Assembly (NCBI RefSeq): GCF_009914755.1
Contig: NC_060940.1
Strand: one strand, 5' to 3'
From: the human T2T-CHM13v2.0 reference genome, Homo sapiens
DNA length: 64,000 nt
Position 1 is the stretch's first letter, and every line of letters begins with the position of its first letter. This document shows, in pieces, positions 1 to 11,669 of this stretch. The notes below the pieces were generated by a model. It was not told the origin of the DNA. It made no database searches and worked only from the letters and a program-made list of their open reading frames with translations. The position numbers and the translations under genes were made by a program.

Positions 1-678
1 TCAGAATTGCCTGGCTTTGAGTGTGTATTCAAAATCCTTTAATGGTGCTTTAATGTCAGGGGCAAAACGAAGCCTTTCCCAAGTCTTTATAACATGCTTG
101 AAAGGACAAAGTGGTCTTGTCATAGGCTGCTGTGATGCTCTCAGAGCTTTGCCACAATTCTTGTAACAGATGGACTCTTCATTAGGTGCACATTGCACCC
201 ACCTGGGGATTCACTACCTTTGGATGAGAGAGAGATTTGATTTTAGCTGCAGATAATTTCTCTTTCTTATCTTGACCCATAGATCAAAGATTATCAACAA
301 ATTCAGATTCCTTTGTCTTTTTTCTTCTGCCGAATTGGAATGCTAGAATAGGTTGGATGAGTGACCAGCTTTTTTTTTTCAAACAGCTTGACTTGAACTC
401 ACATAACAAGACCAAGGTTTTGAGTGTTTGGTGGGGGCTGCAATGTGAGGTTTTTGGCATTTATGTCCATGAAATTCACTGATGACAACAGATTATGTTT
501 CTATTGCTTTATTAGCATTACTATCTTGCAAAGCTCAGCTTAGGGCCCAGATGACCCCCATGTTGTAAATCCTGCTTAAAGCACTCCCTGTCCTGTCCTG
601 ACTTTCCTCTTACCTCTCTGACCATGATGTCTGTCTTTTTACAGGTTCATCTTTGCCATTAAATATTGAGGAAGCTCT

Positions 679-979
679 GGCCGGGCACAGTGGCTCATGC
701 CTGTAATCCCAGCACTTTGGGAGGATGAGGCGGGCGTATCACCTGAGGGTGGGAATTCGAGGCCACCCTGACCAACATGGAGAAACCCCGTCTCTACTAA
801 AAATACAGAATTAGCCAGGTGTGGTGGCACATGCCTGTAATCCCAGCTATTAGGGAGGCTGAGGCAGGAGAATCGCTTGAACCCGGGAGACGGAGGTTGC
901 GGTGAGCCAGAGATTGTGCCATTGCACTCTGGCCTGAGTAACAAGAGCGAAACTCCATCTCAAAAAAAAAAAAAAAAAA
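679..979 (+). mobile_element. Alu SINE (AluSp-like), full length
   Basis: GGCCGGGCAC start; dimeric; 'GACCAACATGGAGAAACCCC' and 'AACAAGAGCGAAACTCC' Sp-type diagnostics; A-tail 962-979; imperfect TSD ..AGGAAGCTC (661-677/975-991). Confidence 0.95.
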
Positions 980-999
980 TTAAGGAAGCTCAAGTCTTA

Positions 1000-2290
1000 G
1001 TCCTAGTTCCTATTAGCATTCCTTTAATTACCCCCTAAAGGCAGATGCCTCATAAGCCTCAAGTTAGAAAAGCCTAAGCCTGTCTTTTGAATCCCAAACC
1101 CATACACCTAGCTGCCTTCCTGACATTCTTTAAGGATATATCAAAGTTTCCTCAAACTCAGCCTGATAAAAGCTGAACTTAAGAGTTTCCCTCAGAAGCC
1201 ATCATCTTTCAGGATATTCCCATCTCTGTGAATGGAAGCCTCATCCACCAAGCTGCAAATGACACACTGAGGTATCTCCCCTGACATGTCTTTCTCCCAT
1301 CCTCTTCCATCCAGTCCATCACAAATCGCGGCAACTGTATCTCTTGAGTGTGTCTCATTGGCCCACTTGTTTGAGCCTTCCCATCAGCACCCTGGCCCAC
1401 ATCACCTTTCTGGCTGAGTCTCCTGGTCTACTTTGTTCATGGCTCCCATCTGTTTCCCATGATGTAAGCTTTCTGAAACTTACATCTTATGATGTTACCC
1501 TCTGCCTAAAATCCTTGAGGGTTTTCCAATTGATTTTAAAATAAGAACCCAAATCTTTCACATGTCCACAAGGCCATTCACAGTGTGACCCCTCCTGCCT
1601 CTCTGGCTGCACCTCCCATCACTTTCCCTTCGCCTGTGTCTGTTTCTGTGGCCTCATGAAAAGGCTTTTGCTCTGCTCTCTCCACAACTTCCTTTTTTTT
1701 TTTTTAGACAGGACCTCACTCTGTCACCCAGGCTAGAGTGCAATGGCTCAATCACAGCTCACCGCAGCCTCCACCTCCTGAGCCCATGCAACCCTCCTAC
1801 TTCAGCCTCTCAAGTAGCCGGAACCACAGGCGTGTGCCATCGTGCCTGGTTAATTATTCTTACTTTTTGTAGAGACAGAGCCTCCCCATGTTGCCCAAGC
1901 TAGTCTCAAGCCCCTAGGCTCAAACAAGCCTCCCACCTCAGCCTCCTGAAGTGTTGAGATTACAGGTGTGAGCTGTGGTGTGCAGCCCACCATTTCCTTT
2001 TCTAAGATAGTGTTTACTTTCATTCAGGTCTCTGCTCAATGATCACTTCCTCAAGGCAGGCTTTCTCTTACCTCCTGGACAGGCCACATCCTCTCGTAAA
2101 TGCTCTCGGCATTATGTATCTCTCGATCACAGTACTTCTCGTGGTAGAATTGTGGGATTCTTTGATTATATGGCTGTATTTCATGACAGTGGGGACTGCA
2201 TCTCTTTTTTTCCTCACGTTGCAGCACCTAGCACAGTGACCATATACATAGTAGGTGCTCAATAGGTATTTTTAAATGCATAAATAATAG
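1000..2290 (+). mobile_element. L2 LINE relic (3' part), interrupted by an Alu
   Basis: L2-like 'CTCAAACTCAGC..AAAGCTGAACT', 'CATCTCTGTGAATGG' and 3' end 'CATAGTAGGTGCTCAATA'; boundaries approximate. Confidence 0.7.
1693..1988 (-). mobile_element. Alu SINE (AluJ-like)
   Basis: Poly-T 1693-1705 followed by diverged reverse Alu ('CAATCACAGCTCACCGCAGCCTC', 'GGCTCAAACAAGCCTCCC'); TSD-like CCACA(A/T)(C/T)TTCC. Confidence 0.93.
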
Positions 2291-4790
2291 ATGAAAGTCT
2301 AGAAGTCCAGAAGTCATGCCATTCAAGTATTGAACAAGATAAACCTCCACAAGACCTCGGATTTTGCATAGAAACAAATGAAAAGGGGACAAGTTACTCA
2401 GAAAGTCTGATTTGAAGAGGGGCACTGAGGTCTACTGAGGTCTGTGCTCTTTATCATGAATGTCTTTGCAACACCTACTGTGTCAGTCTACTGCCCAATG
2501 GGGTTCCTTCAATTGCACAATCTGGGTCTGTGATAGGAAGGAAAGTTCTACCAGGGCATAGAGTTCTGTCTGAGGATTGCTCTGTTAGTTGTTAAATGCT
2601 TAGTTCTATACACAGTCCCATTCCTGTGCTCACCGAATTCAAGGAACTTGTAGTCTAGTGGGAGGGCCAAGTTTACCAGGCATGAACAGCATGGATTGCA
2701 GCATGAGGCTAGAGAACTAGGTTTATAGTCAGCTCTTCCAGTTTCTATAAAAGATGAGGGACCTCTAATACATTTCTTAACCCCTTTGAGCCTAAGTTTC
2801 TTCAGCTGTAAAGTAAGGATGCTAAAACCACAATTATCAAGGTGGTTTTGAGGATTCAATAGATAATACCAGTGGGTGCTGTGCACAGTGAGCAAAGGCT
2901 GGTTCTTGTTCCAAGCACTGAGCATGGCTGCATGGGCTCTGAGAAGGCAGAAAGGAGAAAGCAGGGAGGAGATGGAGCCACAGGAGAGCTTGGGTTGGGC
3001 CTTGGAATGTGGGAGGGTATGGGATGGGGAAGAGGAGGAATGGAAGGAAGAGGAGAGAGGCAGGTAGGTTTCAGTGAGAAAAAGGCACAAAGGCAGGAAG
3101 AGAGCTTGCCTTGAGCCAGAGGAGAAAAACATCAAAGGCCCAGTGAAGAGACCTGCAGAGGCTTAGATTTCATGCCATGTGTGAGCCTTGGGTAGGGTTG
3201 TTAGCCTGGGAGGAACTTATTTCTTACAACATATCTCTTTATTAAACATCAAGAGACAAATCAAACTGACCTTGTGGAGCTCAACCTTGGGTTTGTAAAG
3301 TGTTTGTATAATGCAAAAAAAATAGTGAATCACTTGGGACCTCTGCTGAATATTTTGGCACTTGATTTTAGAAACAAAGAAGAGAAGGCACACAGGTTTT
3401 GGAGTGTAGCTGTTCTGTGAAAGCATAACATTCTCTTTCAACCTCAGTTTTCTCATCTTTAAAGTGGAATTAAAATGCCATCTGACAATGATGAATAGCC
3501 TGTATGTGCCAGGCACCAAAGCATGTTAAGTAATTGAGACAAACTGAACACTGTGCTATGTGCTTTACGTGAACTTGCGACTCAGGGCTGCTCGTTGAGA
3601 TAGGAAGTTATTATCCTCATTTTACTCTTGAGACACAGAGAGGTTAAGTAAATTGCCCAGGCACAATCCAAAGCTCTCAGGCTCTGGCCGGTGAAGCTGG
3701 CTTGCCCTAATTACCACCTTATAGGGTCGTACCTAAAACATGAGGGACCATGTATGGAAAACATCTAGCCCACTGCCTGATTTGTAGTAAGCACTCTATA
3801 GACCTCAGTTTCCTGTCACAGTTGATAGTATTTAGCTCAGTAATTTATCATATACTGTTCTTTGTTTGTTTCAGGTGTTTCTCTCTTATCTACCAACAAT
3901 GGTAAATAAATTGCTTAAAGAAAGGAAAGGCATTATAGCTTGATTTCTTTTGTAGCTTTCCCAGTGCACCTAGAAGTTCTCAATAGAAATGTCTTAAAAT
4001 GAACTGAATAAATGCTTACTGATTGAATAAATGAAGGATTCTGTAAAAAAAGCAAATGTAGAATATGACTGATTGGCTTTTATAGCTTCTTATTTATTTT
4101 ACCCCACTGAATTCTAAAACAGGATTTGAGGAGGATTATACAAATATGTAAGATTCAACAGGATAAAAGCAAACAAGTGAGAAAATTGGAGTGAAGGGAA
4201 AATAAAACCAGGGGTGTTTATTTCTTTGTCATTTCTTGATAGAAATTTGTCGGCAAATCTCCAAGATGAAAGCACAAAATTTGCCAAGAACTAAAACTTA
4301 CTCCTGTAGGGTATTCCTTAAACTCTTTGATGGGACACAGCTCAAATCTCAAAGGGAGAGGGAGTCATGAGCAGAAAATGGAGGGAATTGGGGATTGTCT
4401 CTGGTCTGGCTGCTGAGAAAATACCATGTTTTCCTTGGGGCCAATGCACCCAGAGCTTTGCACCCAGACCAATGCACCAAGACCTTTTTTGAGAAAAAAG
4501 TAGTTTTCTCAAATGTAGAGAGAACCGTGTTCTACAGGCTCATATTACCACATCAGACCTCCCTCATTTTTATGTCTACTTGATCTTTAAGATCTATCAA
4601 CACATGTCTGGGAGGCTTGGAAGAGCCTTACTTACCCTTCTTCTCTTCTGGACTTGGTATCAATTAAGAATAGGAACAAGAGAGTCCTGCAGAAGCCAAG
4701 GATGGTGGAACAGGGTTAAAAGGTTGTGTGTAAGGCTGTCTGCCCCTCCCATCTGACTTGGCCTCTCTGTATAGCGATCTCTCTCTATAT

Positions 4791-5478
4791 CAATGGTTCT
4801 CAGTTTTGGCTGTGCATTAGAATCACCTGGTAGCTTTTTAAAATTACCAATGCCTGGGCCTGGCATGGTGGCTCACACTTGTAATCCCAGTACTTTGGGA
4901 GGCTAAGGTGGTGGATCACTTGAGCCCAGGGGTTTGAGACCAGCCTGGGCACCATGGTGAAACCCTGTCTCTGCAAAAAAATATGAAAATTAGCAGATAT
5001 AGTGGAACATATCTACAGTCCCAGCTACTCAGGAGGCTGAGGTGGGAGGATCCCTTGTGCTCAGGAGGTCGAGGCCACAGTGAGCTGAGATTGCATCACT
5101 GCACTGCAGCCTGGGTGACAGAGCAAGACCCCCATCTCAAGAAAAATAAAATAAAATAAAAATAAAATAAAATAAAATAAAATAAAATAAAATAAAAACA
5201 AAAACCAATTCCTGAGCCCTATGCATGATGAGTCTGATTTAATTGATCTGAGTGGGGCCAGGCATTATTATTTTTTAAGCTCCTAAAATGATTCCAAAGT
5301 GCAGCCCAGGCTAAACAGAATTCCCTGGAGGGCATGTTAAAATACAGATTGCTGGATCCCACCCCAGAGTCTCTGATCCAGAGGTTTGGGTAGGGCCTGA
5401 GAATCTGCATTTCTAACAACTTTGAAGGTGACACTGTTGCTGCTGGTCCTGGGGCTCCATGTTGAGAGCCATTGCTCT
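4791..5478. mobile_element. MER5-type hAT-Charlie DNA transposons (two adjacent copies; first interrupted by Alu)
   Basis: 'CAATGGTTCTCA..CATTAGAATCACCTGG', 'GGGCCTGAGAATCTGCATTTCTAACAA', end 'TTGAGAGCCATTGCTCTA'. Confidence 0.8.
4857..5198 (+). mobile_element. Alu SINE (AluJ-like) with (AAAAT)n tail
   Basis: Dimeric Alu with 'GATCACTTGAGCCCAGG', 'GAGGTCGAGGCCACAGTGAG'; tail of about ten AAAAT units; TSD ACCAAT(G/T)CCTG. Confidence 0.93.
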
Positions 5479-5679
5479 AAACCAACAAGTGAGCCAGGGA
5501 ATGTAAATGCTTGCAAACATGCCATTATAATATATATGTTTCTTTATTATTATGGAGGTTTTTTGTGTGTGTCTTGATTTTTATTTACTGAACAAGTAAT
5601 ACTAGAACAAGAAAAATGAGACTGGAACACACATAAGCCCACAACCTTTACAGACGTACCATTGCACTGTGTAATCGCA

Positions 5680-5835
5680 GTAGTAATAGTAGCTAGCATT
5701 TATTGTACGTTTACTGTGTGTCAGGCACAAGCTGAAAACTTTAGGGGCATTCTTTCCTTTAATTCTCATGATAACTCTATAAGGTAATTAATTTACTATC
5801 CCATTTTACAGATGGAGAATTTGCAACACAAAGAT
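5680..5835 (-). mobile_element. MIR SINE relic
   Basis: Reverse MIR core 'ATCCCATTTTACAGATGGAGAA' and 'TTTACTGTGTGTCAGGCAC'. Confidence 0.7.
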
Positions 5836-6909
5836 TAAATGGCTGTTTTACACACTTGTAACCAGAGCATAAAGTCCACTTTGCATTCAGCTTCTTTCAC
5901 TTAGTACAATGGCATATTTTCCATGTTGAATAGACCATTCCATTGTATTCACGTATCAGTTTTCTTCTCATTAGATATTTAGATCATTTCCATTTTCACA
6001 ATCATATTTAACAGAGCAATGATCAATTTCATTTAGTGCTTGTCTTGAATTATTTTTCTTAGAATAGAGTCTCAAAAGTGATCTTCCTCAGTCAAAAGGT
6101 GAAATTGCCTAGCTTTGATTTATAACATACTAGAACAAAAAGGTTTTTTTTTAAAAAAAAAACCCACATTTCATCCACTTTTTTCAAAACCAAATCATTC
6201 TCTGGACAGGTTTATATAGTCACACATTTAAAGTAAGTTACTGTAATTTAAAAATTATGGAGGTATTTTTATATAATTTAGTTCCATTGCAAAACTCACT
6301 CCAGTGGAAATTACCTTCCAGGCAGCCAACTTCTTCAAGAAAACTTCCCTGGTTTATGAAGACAAAGAAGTTTCTGCCATCTTCTATGGAAGTCACCCCC
6401 AACAACAAGAGCATGAGAACCAGAACCACAAGTCCATTTTGGACAACACCAGAAGATATCTGTAACTCAGAACCCGCTTGTACAAGAGGGCAGTGGCAGG
6501 AAAGGTCAAACCAACTGCCCAATTAAAGGCTCAGGAACCCACGGCCCCAGCAATGGCTGAGGGTGAGCCAGAAATGCAGGCTGCAAGCAAGGGAGGGATG
6601 TGGGTCTGGGTAAGGGCCAGAGTCTTCCGATCTAATTGTCAAGAAGCTGGAGGGAATTATTCAGAGAAACTGAACAGAGAGCCTCCGGATATGCGGACGC
6701 CAAGTGCAGAGGAGGGCCATGTACCAAACCAGACCCAGAGGACTGGGTGCAGGTCTGTATCTTGAATGGGGAAGCCTCTAGCCCCAGCCTGTGTAAAATC
6801 ATGTTACTGAGTTTCCCTAATTAGTTCAGCAGTGAGCCAATATTTCCATGTCCTTAATGATGAAAACATCATAATCCATAAATAGGATTTATTCAAAAGT
6901 TGCGATACA

Positions 6910-7747
6910 CAGTCATGTGTCACATAATGACATCTTGCTCAACAATGGGCCACATGCATACATGACAGTGGTCCCGTAAGGTTATATTGGAGCTGAAAAA
7001 TTCCTATAGCCTAGTGACGTCTTGATGATTCTGACCCTGTGAAGGCCTAGGCTAGCATGTGTGTCTGTGTCTTAGTTTTTAACAAAAAGTTAAAAAATAT
7101 TTAAATAGGAAAAACGTTATAGAATAAGGATATAAAGAAAAAAATTTTTTGTACAGCTGTATGATGTGTTTATGTCTTGAGCTAAGTGTTATTGCAAGAC
7201 TCAAAAAGTTTTAAATGGTTTAAACGTTTATAAAGTATAAAAGTTATAGTCAAGTCAAGGTTAATTTGTTGTTGAAGAAAGAGAAATAGTTTTTATAAAT
7301 TTAGTGTAGCCCAAGTGTACAGTGTTTATGAAGTCTACAGTATTGTACAGTAATGTTCTAGACCTTCCCATTCACTCACTACTAGCTCCCGGACTCATCC
7401 AGAGCAACTTCCAGTCCTGTAAGCTCCATTCATACTACATACTCTACCAAGCTGTACCATTTTTAATCTTTTATACAATATTTTTACTGTAGCTTTTCTA
7501 TGGTTAGTTATGTTTAGATACACAAACACCATTGTGTTACAATTGCCTATACACAGTATTCAGTATAGTCACATACTATACATGTTTGTAGCCTCAGAGC
7601 CATAGGCCACACCATACAGCCTAGGTGTGTGGTAGGTTCTACTATTTGGGTTTATGTAAGTGCCCTCTGTGATGTTTGCACAGGGACAAAATCACCTAAC
7701 AACTCATTTCTCAGAAAGTATCCCTGTCATTTAGTGGTGCATGACTA
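6910..7747 (+). mobile_element. Tigger3 (GOLEM/MER7-family) non-autonomous TcMar DNA transposon
   Basis: TIRs CAGTCATG(6910)..CATGACTA(7747); 'GGAGCTGAAAAATTCCTATAGCCTAGTGACGTC' and 'CATTTCTCAGAAAGTATCCCTGTC' match recalled Tigger3 ends. Confidence 0.9.
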
Positions 7748-8407
7748 AATGGTGCATAATCATATTAGGAGGTTGAGTTTAAGAGAGGCAAGTTGTGAAG
7801 AGCTTTATCTACCCACTTTAATAGGAAATTTTAGGCAATGTGGAGATATTTGAAAATATGGAGGTAAATAGAAGATATAAAATGAAAGTTCCTGAAAGTG
7901 GTTGCCTCTAGGAACCAGGGAGAGGGAGGGGTGTTATATGTGTGGGGATTGATGTTTCTTGTTATAAGCTTTTAAGCACTAATTGACTTTTTAATGATGC
8001 AAGTGTGTTTCTTTGATAAAATTAAAATTGAGGGAAAAGAGAAAATTGCGTAAGCACTTCTCTACTACTTAATTTATGTACCTTATGAATTGGATTTCCA
8101 TAAATGGGTTTTGTCCAAGCAGGCTACTCGTGGAGATTGCAGATCATAAATAAGAATTGCTGATATTAAGGAGGTAATTAATTGGCCAGTAGCCAAGGAG
8201 AGACCCTTCATTCCTAATAAAGGAGTCCAGGCTCCAGCTTGAAGAGTCAGGATCTCTATTGTGGGCTTCGTTCTTGCCAGGATTTGAAGAGAAACCCTTT
8301 ACTAATCCACACTTTGCAACACAATCCACCTGATGAGTCACTGATACTGTTGGTGAGAGCCTAAATAATCATCATTCCAACTAGAAGAATGCTCGTGCTT
8401 GCTCTCT

Positions 8408-8455
8408 GTTGCCATAGAAACAGTGCAGCTCCAGTCTCCCTGTTGCTTTGGTAAC
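8408..8455. promoter_or_regulatory. Candidate RFX element: two X-boxes
   Basis: GTTGCCATAGAAAC (8408-8421) and GTTGCTTTGGTAAC (8442-8455) fit GTTRCCATGGYAAC; AP-1 TGAGTCA at 8334-8340. Confidence 0.45.
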
Positions 8456-10019
8456 CCACCCCCCTTTCCTCACATCACTACTGCTGGGGTATTTTGCTGC
8501 CAAGATAATGGTCTCTATTATGGATTGAATGTTAATGGGCAGTCCTTTACCCCAGACTACACCCAGCCCCTTCTGCAGCTCCACATTTGAAGGCCTTGTC
8601 TAAGTGGCATCTCAATGAGATGGTAATAGATACTTGAATCAGATGGAGAGGAGCTGTAGTGATGGGGGTGGGAGGGGATAGAAGAAGCGTTCAGCTTCTA
8701 ATCTTGAAAAGGGAGGACTCGGAACTTGGAGAGGCAAAAATGAGGAAATCATCCATTAGAGTGCCTCAGCTGTGTATGAAGTCCTAAAGCCATTTCTTCC
8801 AGTCAATAAAAGGTAATGCTAAGTAAGGTTTATTGAGGAATGAATATATGCTGGATACTGGGTTAAGTACTTTTTGCCTATTTAATCCTATTTTACAGAA
8901 GAAATGGATAAGGAATCTGTTCAATGTCACAGAGGTTCAGAATTCAAACTCAAATCATAGTCACTGCACTAAGCTACTGCTCACTTGAGAATGGAACAAG
9001 CAAGGGTGGCATCAGAGAGTGCCCTTACACTAAAAGAGCTTACTTTTCAACTGGAAAAAGACATTTAACACAAAAGGGGAAAAATTAGAAGATGACATCT
9101 TATAGACCGTGTGAAGTGCAAAGTTCTGGTGCCATGTTCACAAAGAGGCGAAAGTGGGCGAGACATTACAACGGCCTTTCCATAGGAAAAAAAGAAAGAG
9201 GGCTCCTGCAGACACTGAGAGGAATCTAGGAGACAGGAGTTGCCTGATTTAGTCTCAAACCTGATACAGCAAGAATCAGGGGCAAGTTCAGGCATCAGCC
9301 CCAGAGCAGGTGTTTAACCTGAGTCACCCTGGACTGATGATGGGTTTTCAGTTGTCAGCAAAGTAGAAATTTGGCTCCTCTCCTCTTCGTTTGAAATTCA
9401 AATTTTCTTGATACTGCCTCTTTTACTTTGAAATTCAAAAAAAAGTTGAAGTTTCATATGAAATTGTTTTAAATTTTATGGCTCTCAATTTCACAATCCA
9501 ATAACCCTGTTTAGTTTACAAGATTTTTTTTAGCCACCTAAAGTCCTCATGGCATTAAGTGGAGTATAAATCTTCAGAAATAGAATTTCTATGGTGTCCT
9601 GATTTTTTAAAATCAGAATTACGATGCTTCGACTTGTCCTTCTGTATCTTCTAATTCTTCCCCCATTCTCCTCCTTTAACACTCCAGGGCATGGAAGTCA
9701 TCCAACAGCTGCTGGAGGGACTGTGCAGAGTTACGACGGAGACAGTGACTCCTCCAAAGGGGTCTCGAGGGTAAAGCATCTTGATGTCTTTATCTGCAGG
9801 GTCTTTTCAAGCCCAAAGCAGTGGTTCTCAATCCTGAGCTCGTTCTAGTCATCTCCGAGAATAAACATGTGCAATTGTCAATGCCAAATCAATATATATT
9901 GGTTTAAAATGTTTATAATACAGATGTATGTTGTCAGGAAATCTTGGAGGGAGGTGAATGCCACAGAACACCTGACAGTAATATCAATTGTTGGCTAAAT
10001 GATAGCTTGCACGTGAGAC

Positions 10020-10245
10020 TGTCTAGATTCAAATCCAGCCCAACTTCTCTCTGTCTCTGTTTCTTCTCTTTCCCAGTAGCTGTGTAACCTGGGGTAAGTC
10101 ATTTCATTCTCTTAAGTCTCAGCTTCCTCTTCTGCAAAATGGAAGAAAAGGAAAGTCATATTTTTGTGCAGATTAAATGAGACAATGCATGAAATAGATT
10201 ATAGTGGTACCTGGAATGTAATGCTTAATAGATATTAACGTTTTT
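10020..10245 (+). mobile_element. MIR SINE relic
   Basis: 'GCTGTGTAACCTGGGGTAAGTCATTT..TCTCAGCTTCCTCTTCTGCAAAATGG..GATTAAATGAGA'. Confidence 0.75.
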
Positions 10246-11087
10246 ATTCTTAGAAAAACAAATCCACTAGATGTTTAAGGTCCTCAAAAAGATTCATCTC
10301 TCCTAGCGACTGGCCTTCTGTGCATTTTTTCCTGTTTCAGTTTGTGAACTTTGGAATACAGGATTTCCTAACACTTCCTGCTACTGCTCTCTTAAGCTCC
10401 TACCTGGATTTGGTCATTGAGGCCCTGATGTTTCCAGTTTTTTACCTTGCTTCATCCTTGCATCTACCTACTCAGCATCCTACATCTTGATTTCTATGGC
10501 TCTGCTTCTAGACCTAGGATAAACCCTGATCTTAGTTACTCCCTTGCTCAGGAATAGATTTCTTATATTCTTGATGGTGGACTTGGGTGAGATGGTGGAT
10601 CCAGGATTATAATTAAAAAGAGTAGGGAAGGAACCTAGGGCCTTTGTAAAAAGAAATCAGATGTCTTAGCATCTGGCGAATTGGAAACTGCTGCCCCAGA
10701 ATGCAGAGGATGATTTGCTCATGAACTATACTGTGTCTGGTGTAGGGGTTATATTTTAGAAAGTTCTAGCAGGAGGGTAAGTTTGTTTTGAATAGTTTTG
10801 TTGAATAACAATCCCCTCATGTATAAGAAAGCCTTTTTCTGTAACAGAGCATGCAGCCTGGAGCAATTAGGAAAAGGAGAACCCACCTAGTCACTAGAGT
10901 AACTGAATCAATTTTGGAGATTCCCTGGGGTGATAGGTGGCAGTACCTCAACATGCCCACTATGTTTGCAACACTATGGGTTGCAAAAAGAAAGAGAAAA
11001 AGCTTAAATATCACCCTCAATGAACAAATGAAATTGTTGAGGCTGGGCATATAGAATTAGAAAATTTTATAGAGAATAGGTATGCTA

Positions 11088-11150
11088 AATATATATATAT
11101 ACATATATATGTATATATGTGTGTATTTCTGTATGTGTGTGTGCATGTGT
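11088..11150. repeat. (TA)n/(TG)n microsatellite
   Basis: Visible alternating TA then TG tract. Confidence 0.9.
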
Positions 11151-11669
11151 AACAAACTATACAGACAACAGAGTTTGAAAGATAATTGCCAAAATATGAT
11201 AGAGCTGAAGCAGAGTGGTTTGGGAGGTGAGGTGAGGTAGTACTAAAGGTAATCATTTATGTTTGGTGCTTGAAAGGCATCAAAATATCCTGGAAAGAGT
11301 ACACCAACTTGGAGCGTTCCAGCTGCAGCTCAATCCTCACCTTGCTGTGTGAACTTGGAGTAGACACTTTCCCTCCTGCATGATGAATGAATGTCGTATA
11401 GTTGGAGAAAAACAGATAATGAATGTGAAGGTGATTTGTAAACATGCAGTTGCTATAGAGTTGGCAGTTCAATAACCATTATGAGCCTATGTCTTGAGTT
11501 TCAATATATCTAGCCACTCTTTCTACTTGAAAATTCATGATCTTATTAAATAAAAATGTACTGATCCCATTATTTTACATGGAATGGTGCCACTATAATG
11601 GTGGGCTATGGGCCTGATCTCAGACCTTCTGGAGTCTGTAAAATGGAAGCTTCCATCTAGGAAACTGAA

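Noticed and set aside
2548-3135. 195-aa minus ORF
   Set aside because: Low-complexity S/L/P from a purine-rich tract plus MIR/L2 sequence
3875-3901. 27-nt mini-exon-like AG..GT segment
   Set aside because: Lies in an L2 3'-end relic; weak donor
6142-6164. GG-T9-A10-CC near-palindrome
   Set aside because: Adjacent homopolymers; common and low information
6257-6765. Assigning the overlapping ORFs here to a named gene or pseudogene
   Set aside because: Frames on both strands look equally plausible and none matches a protein I can recall; kept only as an unassigned candidate
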